The notes beneath the pieces were generated by a model. That model ran no database searches, had not been told where the DNA came from, and saw only the letters and a list, made by a program, of their open reading frames with translations. A stretch of DNA of 52,305 bases from a virus (taxonomy: Duplodnaviria > Caudoviricetes). The stretch is from IMG/VR virus record IMGVR_UViG_3300047481_000444, positions 1 to 52,305 of that record. One strand, given 5' to 3'. Below are positions 29,556 to 37,583 of the stretch, one piece after another. Each line of letters starts with the position of its first letter. Within the stretch, counting starts at the first letter, position 1. A program made the position numbers and the translations under genes.

Positions 29556-30050
29556 TTAGATGACGTCGCGGTCAACAGTGCCCGGGGCAGGCTTGGCATC
29601 AATGTCGCACAGCACAGCCCACACACGCACAGTGCCGCCTGTCGGGGCAGTGGTGGCAGTGGCGATGAGCAGGTCGATGGTGTCAGCAGTGCCAACAATC
29701 AACGGCTGGAATGCAGCAGCGTTCTGGGCATAAGCACCAGCAGCAGCAGCGTCAAGGTCGAAGCCGTCAACAAAGGCGTCAGCGTCAACACCAGTGATGC
29801 CAAGATCAAGGGTGTTGTCGTTGGACTCGCCAGCGGCAACAGCAGTCACTTCAAAACCAGCATTCAGCACCATCGTGCCAGCAGGGACGTCAATGACTTC
29901 GATGACATCAGCAGCAGCCAGAGCAGAGCCCTTAGCCGTTGCAGCAGCAGCAAAGTCAATCGTCTTCTCGACGAAATACGGCATATTGGTGAGCGACCGC
30001 ACAGGACGCGGAGCACCACCAAGGCCGTTGGAGAGATCAATAGTAGCCAT
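29556..30050 (-). CDS. capsid decoration / cement protein
   Basis: 164-aa Ala-rich beta protein immediately after the major capsid gene; AAAGGAA RBS. Confidence 0.65.
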   Translation of the reverse strand: MATIDLSNGLGGAPRPVRSLTNMPYFVEKTIDFAAAATAKGSALAAADVIEVIDVPAGTMVLNAGFEVTAVAAGESNDNTLDLGITGVDADAFVDGFDLDAAAAGAYAQNAAAFQPLIVGTADTIDLLIATATTAPTGGTVRVWAVLCDIDAKPAPGTVDRDVI

Positions 30051-30072
30051 TTAGGTTCCTTTCAATGTTGTT

Positions 30073-30096
30073 GAAAAGAGGCACCGAAGTGCCTCC
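30073..30096 (-). terminator. rho-independent terminator after the major capsid gene
   Basis: Minus strand GAGGCAC-TTCG-GTGCCTC + TTTT. Confidence 0.85.
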
Positions 30097-30103
30097 TTCA
30101 GCT

Positions 30104-31437
30104 TTAGGCGACGTTGTACTTACAAGTCGTGATAGCTTCGCTCTTAAGAATTTTTCTTCCATAGAGATGCATACCACGAACGATGTCAGCAAAGCTGTCC
30201 GGATCACGATAGGTTTCCACCTTGTTGATCTGCTCAGCCGAGGCAACAGCGCTGTCATGACCAGCAACGATGACACCGTAGTTGGTGTTCTGGTTAGCCG
30301 TACCAACAGTGCCGGGACCAGTACCAACCTTGGGCAGGTTGTTGCTGACATAGACACGGAAGCCGTGCAGGTTCTTCACCACAAGACCGTTCTGAAGACC
30401 AGAGCCACCGAAGTCTGCATTCAGAAGACGCGAATCTTCGTCCTTCAGCATTTCAATGAACACCGGATCAACAACAAGCCAACGACCCGTCGTATCCGCG
30501 TTCTGAGTATCCAGCAGACGCGACATACGAGCAACAATCATCAGCGGCGACACAGTGGCCGTCGGAAGTGCCGTAGCACCCGGCAGACGCGGCGCAACAG
30601 GAATCGAATGGTCACCAGCACTAGCAGTGGTGATGTTGCCAAACGAACTCTTGATGAGCTTCATCGAGGTCAGCAGTTCGTCCGAACCAGCAGCCGAGTT
30701 AGCCTTCGTACCCGGGAAGGTAGTGCGGGCAGTGTCAGCATTGGTGTGCAGAGCAGACTGCTCAAAGCCAGACAGGTAGCCGAGGAGTCTTGGTCGAAGT
30801 TGTCGCGCAGACGGTAAGCAGCACGATCAGAGGCCAACGAGAGCCAATTGATGTGCGACTGAGCGGCTTCGATGTCGTCCAATTTGCATTATGTTCAGCA
30901 AGGGTCGTTAATCCTTGCCCGTCTTTTCAGACCGCTGCATCTTTCGATGCAGAGCAGACTATATCATCACCCTATATTCTAGGGGCTGGGCGCTTCCACT
31001 CACTTGAGTGTACGGATTGCTCCTAGTCGTTGAACCTTCCTGATTTCTCAGGCTTGGCTGCTGATTGCCTTAGCTTGTTAGCGTTAGGTTTTCCAGCAAT
31101 TCACCCAGTTCTTTAGATGGGATTGCTCCCAAATGCGTCCAAATCAGTTAAACGCGAAGTAATTGGCCTTATCGACAACCAGCGTAAAGTCGCTGTCCTC
31201 AAGGTCTTGTGCCGTGATCTGCGTGCCACGCGCATATTGACGGACACTGACCTCGGGCTCCAACACGATTTTCACACTGTCCCCCATCGAAGCAATCTCA
31301 CCGAAGTAGTCACTGTTGGTGATAGCCTGAGCGACAGACGCCTTTCTGAAGGCCAGTTGGACCTTCTTGGAATAGATAATGGGACTCCAGTTCCCATTGG
31401 GCAAATTCCCGTACCCTGAAGCACTTGCAAACGCCAT
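30104..31437 (-). CDS. major capsid protein, split: exon 1 31437-31151, exon 2 30886-30104, plus an apparent 1-nt deletion near 30787 (about 356 aa once restored)
   Basis: GNLPNGNWSPIIYSKKV...ITNSDYFGEI...GDSVKI; the spliced junction reads YFAF-KLDDIE; C-terminal GRWLVVDP, GFRVYVSNNLP, ETYRDPDSFADIVRGMHLYGRK; AAAGGAG RBS; follows the scaffold gene. Confidence 0.9.
30887..31150 (-). mobile_element. group I self-splicing intron (264 nt, no internal ORF)
   Basis: Minus strand core elements P GAATTGCTGGAAA, Q AATCAGCAGCC, R GTTCAACGACTA, S GATATAGTCT; P1 exon GCGUU pairs with IGS GACGC giving U.G at the splice site; P10 GAUUUG/CAAAUU; terminal G; removal restores the capsid frame. Confidence 0.93.
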
Positions 31438-31541
31438 GATATTTCTCCTTTAATGGCTTAGCACAGCGCTAATAACTCAACAAGGGCCTTTCTCACTAGG
31501 TGGATACTGGATAGCGCTCATGACCCGCTATACAGTATCGG

Positions 31542-32081
31542 CTAAGTCGATAGGGTGTACTTATCCTGATTATTTAGCGCAACTACGTGACAAAGATGTA
31601 TAAACAAAGATTCTTCTCTGTGCATCTTCATCTCGTTTACTGCTCTACAAACTAACTGAGTATTCTCTTTAGTGTAGCCTATAGAGCTATCGATACGGTC
31701 TATGCTGATAGTGTTGAACTGGTTGGCTTCTAATGTTAGCGGCAGTTTTGTGTACACGCACAAACCGTTTTGGTTTTCCCACAGAGATTTAACGTGTTGA
31801 CAATCTATGGAAAAATCAAAAGGTCTTCTCTTTTTTGCTGAAGACACTATCTCTCTAATTCTAGAGTCAATGTTTAGATGAATGCTTTTACCCCATGTCT
31901 GTCTGTACGCTCTCATGTACTGACGATGCTGTTCTCTATTAGCATCTAAATAAATTTTCTTCTGTGCATTCAAACAAGGTTTGCAAATGACTCTGTAACC
32001 TGTCCTATTTTGTTTGCTCTTTACAAAAGCAGTGATGTCTTTTTCTTCGCCACACTTGCGGCATACCTTTGTTTCTTCCAT
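31542..32081 (-). CDS. free-standing putative homing endonuclease (His-Me finger / EndoVII-HNH-like)
   Basis: N-terminal CRKC...F...CKPC Zn finger; W..QNGLCVYT...SIDRIDS..GY...N..LVC..VN.MK; AT-richer than flanking genes; inserted between scaffold and capsid genes. Confidence 0.75.
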   Translation of the reverse strand: MEETKVCRKCGEEKDITAFVKSKQNRTGYRVICKPCLNAQKKIYLDANREQHRQYMRAYRQTWGKSIHLNIDSRIREIVSSAKKRRPFDFSIDCQHVKSLWENQNGLCVYTKLPLTLEANQFNTISIDRIDSSIGYTKENTQLVCRAVNEMKMHREESLFIHLCHVVALNNQDKYTLST

Positions 32082-32166
32082 ATCTTCTCCGCTTAGAAAA
32101 CGGGCTAGTCTATGAAGCGGCACAGACAGGGGAGCTACCCTTTTCGCCCTAGAAAACTCAGGCGCT

Positions 32167-32195
32167 GTTAAATCACATCAGCGCTCTTTTGTCAA
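32167..32195 (-). promoter_or_regulatory. sigma70-type promoter for the endonuclease and capsid genes
   Basis: Minus strand TTGACA-17 nt-TTTAAC with an extended -10 TG. Confidence 0.6.
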
Positions 32196-32224
32196 GGATA
32201 TTTGTTAGCGAGCAGCGCCAGAAA

Positions 32225-33094
32225 TCATCGTGCTGCGCCCGACAGGTCAAAGACAATCTTCCCAGCCCGTCGAGCCTTTTCAATGTCTTCCATCTTCGCT
32301 TCGAATTCACGGTCTGTCATCTTGTTGATCTGGCTCTCATAGAAGACACCATCAGTGTCTTCAGTGGTTGGGGTTGTCCTCCCCTGCCTTGTATTCACCG
32401 CCATTGCTGCTGCCTTCGGATCAGCCTTCTTAGCCTTTGCAATGCCCTTATCAGCCTTGTACAGGTCAATGGCCCTGGCTGCTGCCCTTGCGTCGTTGTC
32501 ATTCTCATACAGGGCTTGCTGGACCCATCGAGGCTGTTGCTCTACCCAATCGTGGAAGCCATCATCATCCCTAATCTGATCGAAGTCAGGATGCAGCGCC
32601 ATCAACTCAGCTTCAGCTTTGCTTCGTTGAGCGTGTTGCTCCATCTCATCCACCTTCTTCATCCGCTCTTCAAGCGATGCAGACTGTTCCTTGGCTTTCT
32701 TGATGGCAATGGTTTCAACAATCTTGTACACATCAGGATAGGACGCTGCCCAAGCATTGAGTTCTGATTCGCTCTTAGGCAGTTTGATTTCCTTCTTTGT
32801 TGCTGCATCAAGCTGTTGCTTCAGAGCATCAATCTGCGTCTTCAGTTCTGTCTCAATCTTCTGTGTATGCCTGCGAAGGTCTCCATAGCGCTTCTTGAAT
32901 GTCTTCTCTTCAGCGTTGGTGGGCTCTTCGTCGTCTTCTTGTTTTGCTTCAGGCTTCTTGTCAACGCCTTCTTCAAATTGCTTCTCAAGCTCCTTCAGTT
33001 CTTCTTCATCTTGCTTGATGCGGTCTTCATTGCTGTTGCGACGCATCGAGAACGGAACCACCTTCACAGGGGTGGCAATTACTGCTTCAGTCAT
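32225..33094 (-). CDS. capsid scaffolding protein
   Basis: Charged coiled coil; EEKTFKKRYGDLRRH, L..LHPDFDQI...F..W...QP, AARAIDLYK, C-terminal DLSGAAR; lies between portal and capsid genes. Confidence 0.8.
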   Translation of the reverse strand: MTEAVIATPVKVVPFSMRRNSNEDRIKQDEEELKELEKQFEEGVDKKPEAKQEDDEEPTNAEEKTFKKRYGDLRRHTQKIETELKTQIDALKQQLDAATKKEIKLPKSESELNAWAASYPDVYKIVETIAIKKAKEQSASLEERMKKVDEMEQHAQRSKAEAELMALHPDFDQIRDDDGFHDWVEQQPRWVQQALYENDNDARAAARAIDLYKADKGIAKAKKADPKAAAMAVNTRQGRTTPTTEDTDGVFYESQINKMTDREFEAKMEDIEKARRAGKIVFDLSGAAR

Positions 33095-33175
33095 TTCGTT
33101 TCCTTTTGGTTGGGGCTATCAGTGGCCTATGCAGGATGCACAGGGGAAATAGGTAGCCAAGCTATTATATGGTAT

Positions 33176-34531
33176 TTAGGTCTTAGCAGTGGCAATGCCT
33201 TTGCCTCTTTTCTTCTTTGTGGGGTATTGACGCTTGTTGACTAGGCCACCTTTGTTCCAATCAGGGCCTACAGCAGAACCCCCGCCCCAAGATGCTTCTC
33301 CTCCAGTCCCGCCCCAGCTACCACTGTCTGTTTCTTCTGTAGTGAGACTCCGTGAGGTAATGCTAGTACCACCAACAGGAACACCTGTTGTTGTTGCCGG
33401 TGTAGACGGAGACACAGCGAAGGAAGAACCAGCGCCTGCCATGCTTCTGGAGGAGGAAGAGGCTGTTGATGGTGTTGCACCTCTGAGTGCCTCATACTCT
33501 TCAGCAATGCCTCTAGTAAGTCCTGCTGCTTGTTGAGCATTGGCAACAGCATTAGCTACGGCCGTTGTAGGATCAACACCAGAGTTGACAGAATCTGCGG
33601 CGTTAATAGCAGCCCTAGAGGCATCAACATGGGAAATCTTTGCATTCAATGCTTCCTGATAAGCCGTTGCTGCTGCGTCTTGTGCTCTGATGTCTTGTGC
33701 AGAAACAGGTGTACGTTCTTCAACAAGAGCCATTTCTCTCGGCTTAAAGTAATCAGCAACTTTTTGAATTGCGCTAACAGGGCTCATAGCTGTCATGTAG
33801 GCATTGACTTTATCCAATGTTTCTTGTCTGTCTTTTTCCTGTTTTGCAGTGAGTTCAGGAGCACCCGGAACAGTAGAGCCAACATAAGCACTATCGACCT
33901 GATTGTCAGGCAGTTTCTTTTCTTCAGCCTTAGCCGCCTCATCAGCCTTCTGTCCCACCTTCTGAGCCTCTTCCTGTGTCACAGGCTTGTAGCCCTCAGG
34001 AATAGGCGTCATAGGCTTTCCGTTGATGTGCGTGATGTACATCACAGAGCCTTCAGCGTTCTTGTAATAGCGCACATCAAACACAGGATTCTTAGGAGCC
34101 TTTGTCAAATCTGTGCCACTCTTCATGAAGCCGCCTTGAGCCATCATCACTTCTGTTTGCTCATTGACATCTCTGCCTTGTTCTTCAGCTTCAATTTCGC
34201 TAAGGATGTCGTCAATTTCGCTTTCAAAGCCTTCGTCTTCATAGGTGCCATTAGAGGCTTCACCAACCTCTTCAGCATTGCCCATCTGACCAATCTCAGA
34301 CATACGCTGAAGGCCCTTCTTAGCCTCATCACGCATCTTCATCAGACGCTCAAGACCAATGAAGCGAACGACGTCGGCTGGCAGCACAAACTCCCCTGGC
34401 GACAGCTTTGCATCAATGTCATCTCTGACTTCTTCAGGCATTGAGCCAACAGGGACGTCATTGCCGCTGACGGGGTCAATGTTGGCTCCACCTTCTTGGA
34501 AGCCTGGGATGTTACTTCTGCGCTTGAGCAT
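33176..34531 (-). CDS. virion-associated protein with an xxGG...LSPGEFV domain
   Basis: FQEGG...DPVSGN.VP.GS..EEVRDDI.AKLSPGEFVLPADVVR; low-complexity C-terminal half. Confidence 0.65.
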   Translation of the reverse strand: MLKRRSNIPGFQEGGANIDPVSGNDVPVGSMPEEVRDDIDAKLSPGEFVLPADVVRFIGLERLMKMRDEAKKGLQRMSEIGQMGNAEEVGEASNGTYEDEGFESEIDDILSEIEAEEQGRDVNEQTEVMMAQGGFMKSGTDLTKAPKNPVFDVRYYKNAEGSVMYITHINGKPMTPIPEGYKPVTQEEAQKVGQKADEAAKAEEKKLPDNQVDSAYVGSTVPGAPELTAKQEKDRQETLDKVNAYMTAMSPVSAIQKVADYFKPREMALVEERTPVSAQDIRAQDAAATAYQEALNAKISHVDASRAAINAADSVNSGVDPTTAVANAVANAQQAAGLTRGIAEEYEALRGATPSTASSSSRSMAGAGSSFAVSPSTPATTTGVPVGGTSITSRSLTTEETDSGSWGGTGGEASWGGGSAVGPDWNKGGLVNKRQYPTKKKRGKGIATAKT

Positions 34532-34736
34532 TTTGTATCTCTTCCTTCAATTGCTTCAGCCGCTTCAACGACTGTATAGAGCCTTGTGCTCTGTAAATCT
34601 CTACAGTGTTCTCTGTCTGTTCCATCTGCTTCCTATGAAGTTCAATGGAGTAGTTCAGCATGTCATCGAAGGCTTCCCACATCATTGGATTGGTCATAGG
34701 CACCATCCGCTTCAGCCAAGGCTTCTCCTTCATCAT
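34512..34736 (-). CDS. small conserved protein downstream of the portal
   Basis: EIYRAQGSI..L..LK.LKEE motif; coupled to the portal stop. Confidence 0.7.
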   Translation of the reverse strand: MMKEKPWLKRMVPMTNPMMWEAFDDMLNYSIELHRKQMEQTENTVEIYRAQGSIQSLKRLKQLKEEIQNAQAQK

Positions 34737-36847
34737 TGCGGCATAGCTCCTGCTGGTGCCTGTGGCGCAGCGCTGAAGCCCGGTTGACCCGGCCCAGGAG
34801 CAGCACCAACACCAATGTTGCCACCACCACCACCAGTCTGATCAGCCACTGGAGGGGCTCCACCGGGCTGTGGTGCGCCTTGAGTGGGCGCTGCCGGTGC
34901 TGGCGGTGGTGCCATCTTTTGTAGGATGAGAGCCTGCTTAGCTGCTTCATCCATGTTGTTAGACACCAAATCAGGATCAAGATCCATGCTCTTGGCAATT
35001 TCACGGACAATGTAGGGCAGCTTAGCGAACGGAGCCAATGTCGGGTTCTGAATGATTTGCAGGAATTGAAGCAGACGTTGGCTTCTCACCTCTGTAGACA
35101 ACAGAGACTCAACACCTCTAGCCTTCACTTCCAAGTCACCAACAATGTCAGGGCTTGGATCAAACTGCATATTGAAGGCGAAGAATGCTTCACCGATGGG
35201 ACGCAGCAGATAGTCATCAACGTTCTTGACAACAGTCTTGATGTTGCCGCTGGCTGCATTCATCAGCATCGAAATGCCAGAGGCTGTTCTACCAACACCA
35301 CTAACGCCTGTTTGTCCATGAGCAAACGACGGCATCCCTGTTGCCTCATCAGCCAACACACGGGCTTTGTCAAAAAGCTGCATGTTCTCAGAAGACACGT
35401 TGGGAAACTTAGTGCCGAAGATGGCTTGGCCAGGAGCACCACCTTGTCTGCGGAAAATCTTGCCTGGATAGATGGTCATGTCCTGACCCGGCACTAGGTT
35501 GGTTTCATCCACTTCAAGGATGAGGTTGCCAGACAGCACAGCATTGTCCACAGCCATCCGCATAAAGCCATTCATCAGCGTCTGTGTATCATCCATGTTC
35601 TCTCCGATGCCAACACCGAAGAAGCTATACGGATTCAACTCATAGGGCACTGCATAGTATGGAATGCGAGCAGGCTTAAATGGGTTCAGGACAAGACGCA
35701 GCACTTTGCCTTTGCTATACCAAATGTTTGCTTGCAACTCTACGTTGTCCTGAAGTTCTTTGGGAATCTTGATGTCGTTCTCTTCCAGCATTTCAATGCT
35801 GACAGCACCCCAGAACTCCAACACCTCCCAACGCTCTACTTCAGCATTGGGGGAATAGTCATTCAGGTCATCTTCCCAATATTCTTTGATGTAGTTAGGA
35901 CCATCATCAACAAGTTCATCAATGACGCTGTTGCGGAACATAGGACGCTTCTTCAGCGCCAACAACTGCGTTTTGCTCAGCTTATGTCGTTCAATGAAAT
36001 AACTAGCCTCTTCCATGTGCGTTGCATCAGGATCAGGATAGGCATTGAAGACGCTGACATGCGACGTATTCGGCATTGTCTTGACAAGAGGCTCATATTG
36101 GCCTTCAGCGTTCCACTTAGGATATTCCTTGTCAACAGCGAATGGGCCTTTCATGATGCCAGAGCCAAACAACACCATCTCAAATGCAGCAGCACGAAGA
36201 TGCTTTGTTGCTCCGCTCTCATCAAGCTGATCCTTAATCTTCTTCTCCATCTTCTTAGCCGCCATCATGGCAGGACTAAAGGTGATGGAGGTGGGAGTGA
36301 CACCAGGGCCTTCCTTGACATCAAGCCCCTCAAAGGCATCCTTCAATGGCCCCAAACGCTCCATAAGCGTCTGTGGTGTTGCCCCAGGTGGCAGATCCTT
36401 GCCGTCGCCTTTGTAGCCAAACATTGCTCCCAAATTGGGAGCGGCTGTGCCTTGTTCCGGCATGTTAGCTGCCTGTGGGTTTGTCTCCACATGCACATGC
36501 TCTGCAACACCCTCAGGCAACGTTGTAGGCTCCACAGACAAAGGGAAGCTGTTGTTGGCAAAGAGAACATCGGTGATTTGGCCGTATGCAGCCAACGTCT
36601 TCACCTTTGTAATCTTCAGGAATACACGGCTCTTCTCTGCATCAGTGAACTTCATGTCAGGACCATAGATGCCTCTATAGTTCCTGTACGCACGAAGCCA
36701 ACGCTCTTCATCAAAGCGACGAGATGTCTTGGAACGGCTAAAGCGCTCCTCAACAAAGCGGGAAAGCGTTGTAGGCTTAAATGCGTCTGTATCGGGCAGA
36801 GCAATAGCCTTGTCATCAGTGAAGGGTGTATCCATTTCTTTTGCCAT
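34733..36847 (-). CDS. portal protein
   Basis: 704 aa after the terminase; E.RWLRAYRNYRG, SRVFLKITKVK, YPDP, PYE..PY.FFG.G, GRTASGISML. Confidence 0.88.
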   Translation of the reverse strand: MAKEMDTPFTDDKAIALPDTDAFKPTTLSRFVEERFSRSKTSRRFDEERWLRAYRNYRGIYGPDMKFTDAEKSRVFLKITKVKTLAAYGQITDVLFANNSFPLSVEPTTLPEGVAEHVHVETNPQAANMPEQGTAAPNLGAMFGYKGDGKDLPPGATPQTLMERLGPLKDAFEGLDVKEGPGVTPTSITFSPAMMAAKKMEKKIKDQLDESGATKHLRAAAFEMVLFGSGIMKGPFAVDKEYPKWNAEGQYEPLVKTMPNTSHVSVFNAYPDPDATHMEEASYFIERHKLSKTQLLALKKRPMFRNSVIDELVDDGPNYIKEYWEDDLNDYSPNAEVERWEVLEFWGAVSIEMLEENDIKIPKELQDNVELQANIWYSKGKVLRLVLNPFKPARIPYYAVPYELNPYSFFGVGIGENMDDTQTLMNGFMRMAVDNAVLSGNLILEVDETNLVPGQDMTIYPGKIFRRQGGAPGQAIFGTKFPNVSSENMQLFDKARVLADEATGMPSFAHGQTGVSGVGRTASGISMLMNAASGNIKTVVKNVDDYLLRPIGEAFFAFNMQFDPSPDIVGDLEVKARGVESLLSTEVRSQRLLQFLQIIQNPTLAPFAKLPYIVREIAKSMDLDPDLVSNNMDEAAKQALILQKMAPPPAPAAPTQGAPQPGGAPPVADQTGGGGGNIGVGAAPGPGQPGFSAAPQAPAGAMPQ

Positions 36848-36856
36848 AATGTCTCT

Positions 36857-37582
36857 TTATTGAATGACGTACTTGTTGTTCTTGCTGAGATTGATAGCAG
36901 CAGGAATCACAGCAAGGTTGTTCCACACATGAAGACCACTGACGTTTTTGCCGCACAGAGGAATGACATGATCAACATGCCATTTCACTCTTGTAAGCTG
37001 CTCGCGTCTTTCGCACAAGTCATAGGCTTCTTGAACAACAAATTCTGTTAGCTCTTTATCCCACTCAACAAAACGTTGAATACGCTTAGCTCTGTTAGCA
37101 CCTTTCAACATATTACGATAGTGTCTGTTCTGCTGTGAGAACATCCTGTCGTAAGCGGCTTTTCTGTCTTTGGTGCGTTGACGGTATTCAATGCTCTTGG
37201 AAGCGATTACTTCTTTGTTTTCTTCGTAGTATTTACGCGACTTTTCGCAGATGTATTCTCTGTTCAGCTCGTGGTATTGCTTCTTGTACGCTTTGATTCT
37301 GTCTCTGTTGGCTTGAGCGTATAGTTTTTTAGTAGCAGAAATAGCTTTTCTGTTTCTTTCTCTGTACTCTTTTGCTTTAATGCTCAGCTCTTTTTTATTT
37401 TTCTCGTAATATTCTTTATCCTTTCCCATTGCTCCATAACGTTTCTTATGGAGTTTTTGGCAAGAAGCACATTGAGATGTTGAAACATAGCGATAGTCTT
37501 TGTGTCCTCTTTTACAATCTTCACCTGTAAAGAAAAACTTTTTACCTTGTGCCTTTGCTTCTTCTCTTGAAATAATTTCCAT
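36857..37582 (-). CDS. free-standing HNH homing endonuclease
   Basis: N-terminal R.EAK..G...FFTG..C.RGH...RY....C..C; Y..N.E helical repeats; WHVDHVIPL.G..VSGLHVWNNL.VIPA..NLSK.N. Confidence 0.88.
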   Translation of the reverse strand: MEIISREEAKAQGKKFFFTGEDCKRGHKDYRYVSTSQCASCQKLHKKRYGAMGKDKEYYEKNKKELSIKAKEYRERNRKAISATKKLYAQANRDRIKAYKKQYHELNREYICEKSRKYYEENKEVIASKSIEYRQRTKDRKAAYDRMFSQQNRHYRNMLKGANRAKRIQRFVEWDKELTEFVVQEAYDLCERREQLTRVKWHVDHVIPLCGKNVSGLHVWNNLAVIPAAINLSKNNKYVIQ

Positions 37583-37583
37583 G

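Noticed and set aside
31542-32160. Endonuclease as the ORF of a second group I intron
   Set aside because: No P/Q/R/S core elements in its flanks and it does not interrupt a coding sequence
33530-37051. Long plus-strand ORFs 33530..34444 and 35732..37051 (and similar antisense ORFs elsewhere)
   Set aside because: Antisense to well-supported genes such as the portal; no recognisable motifs
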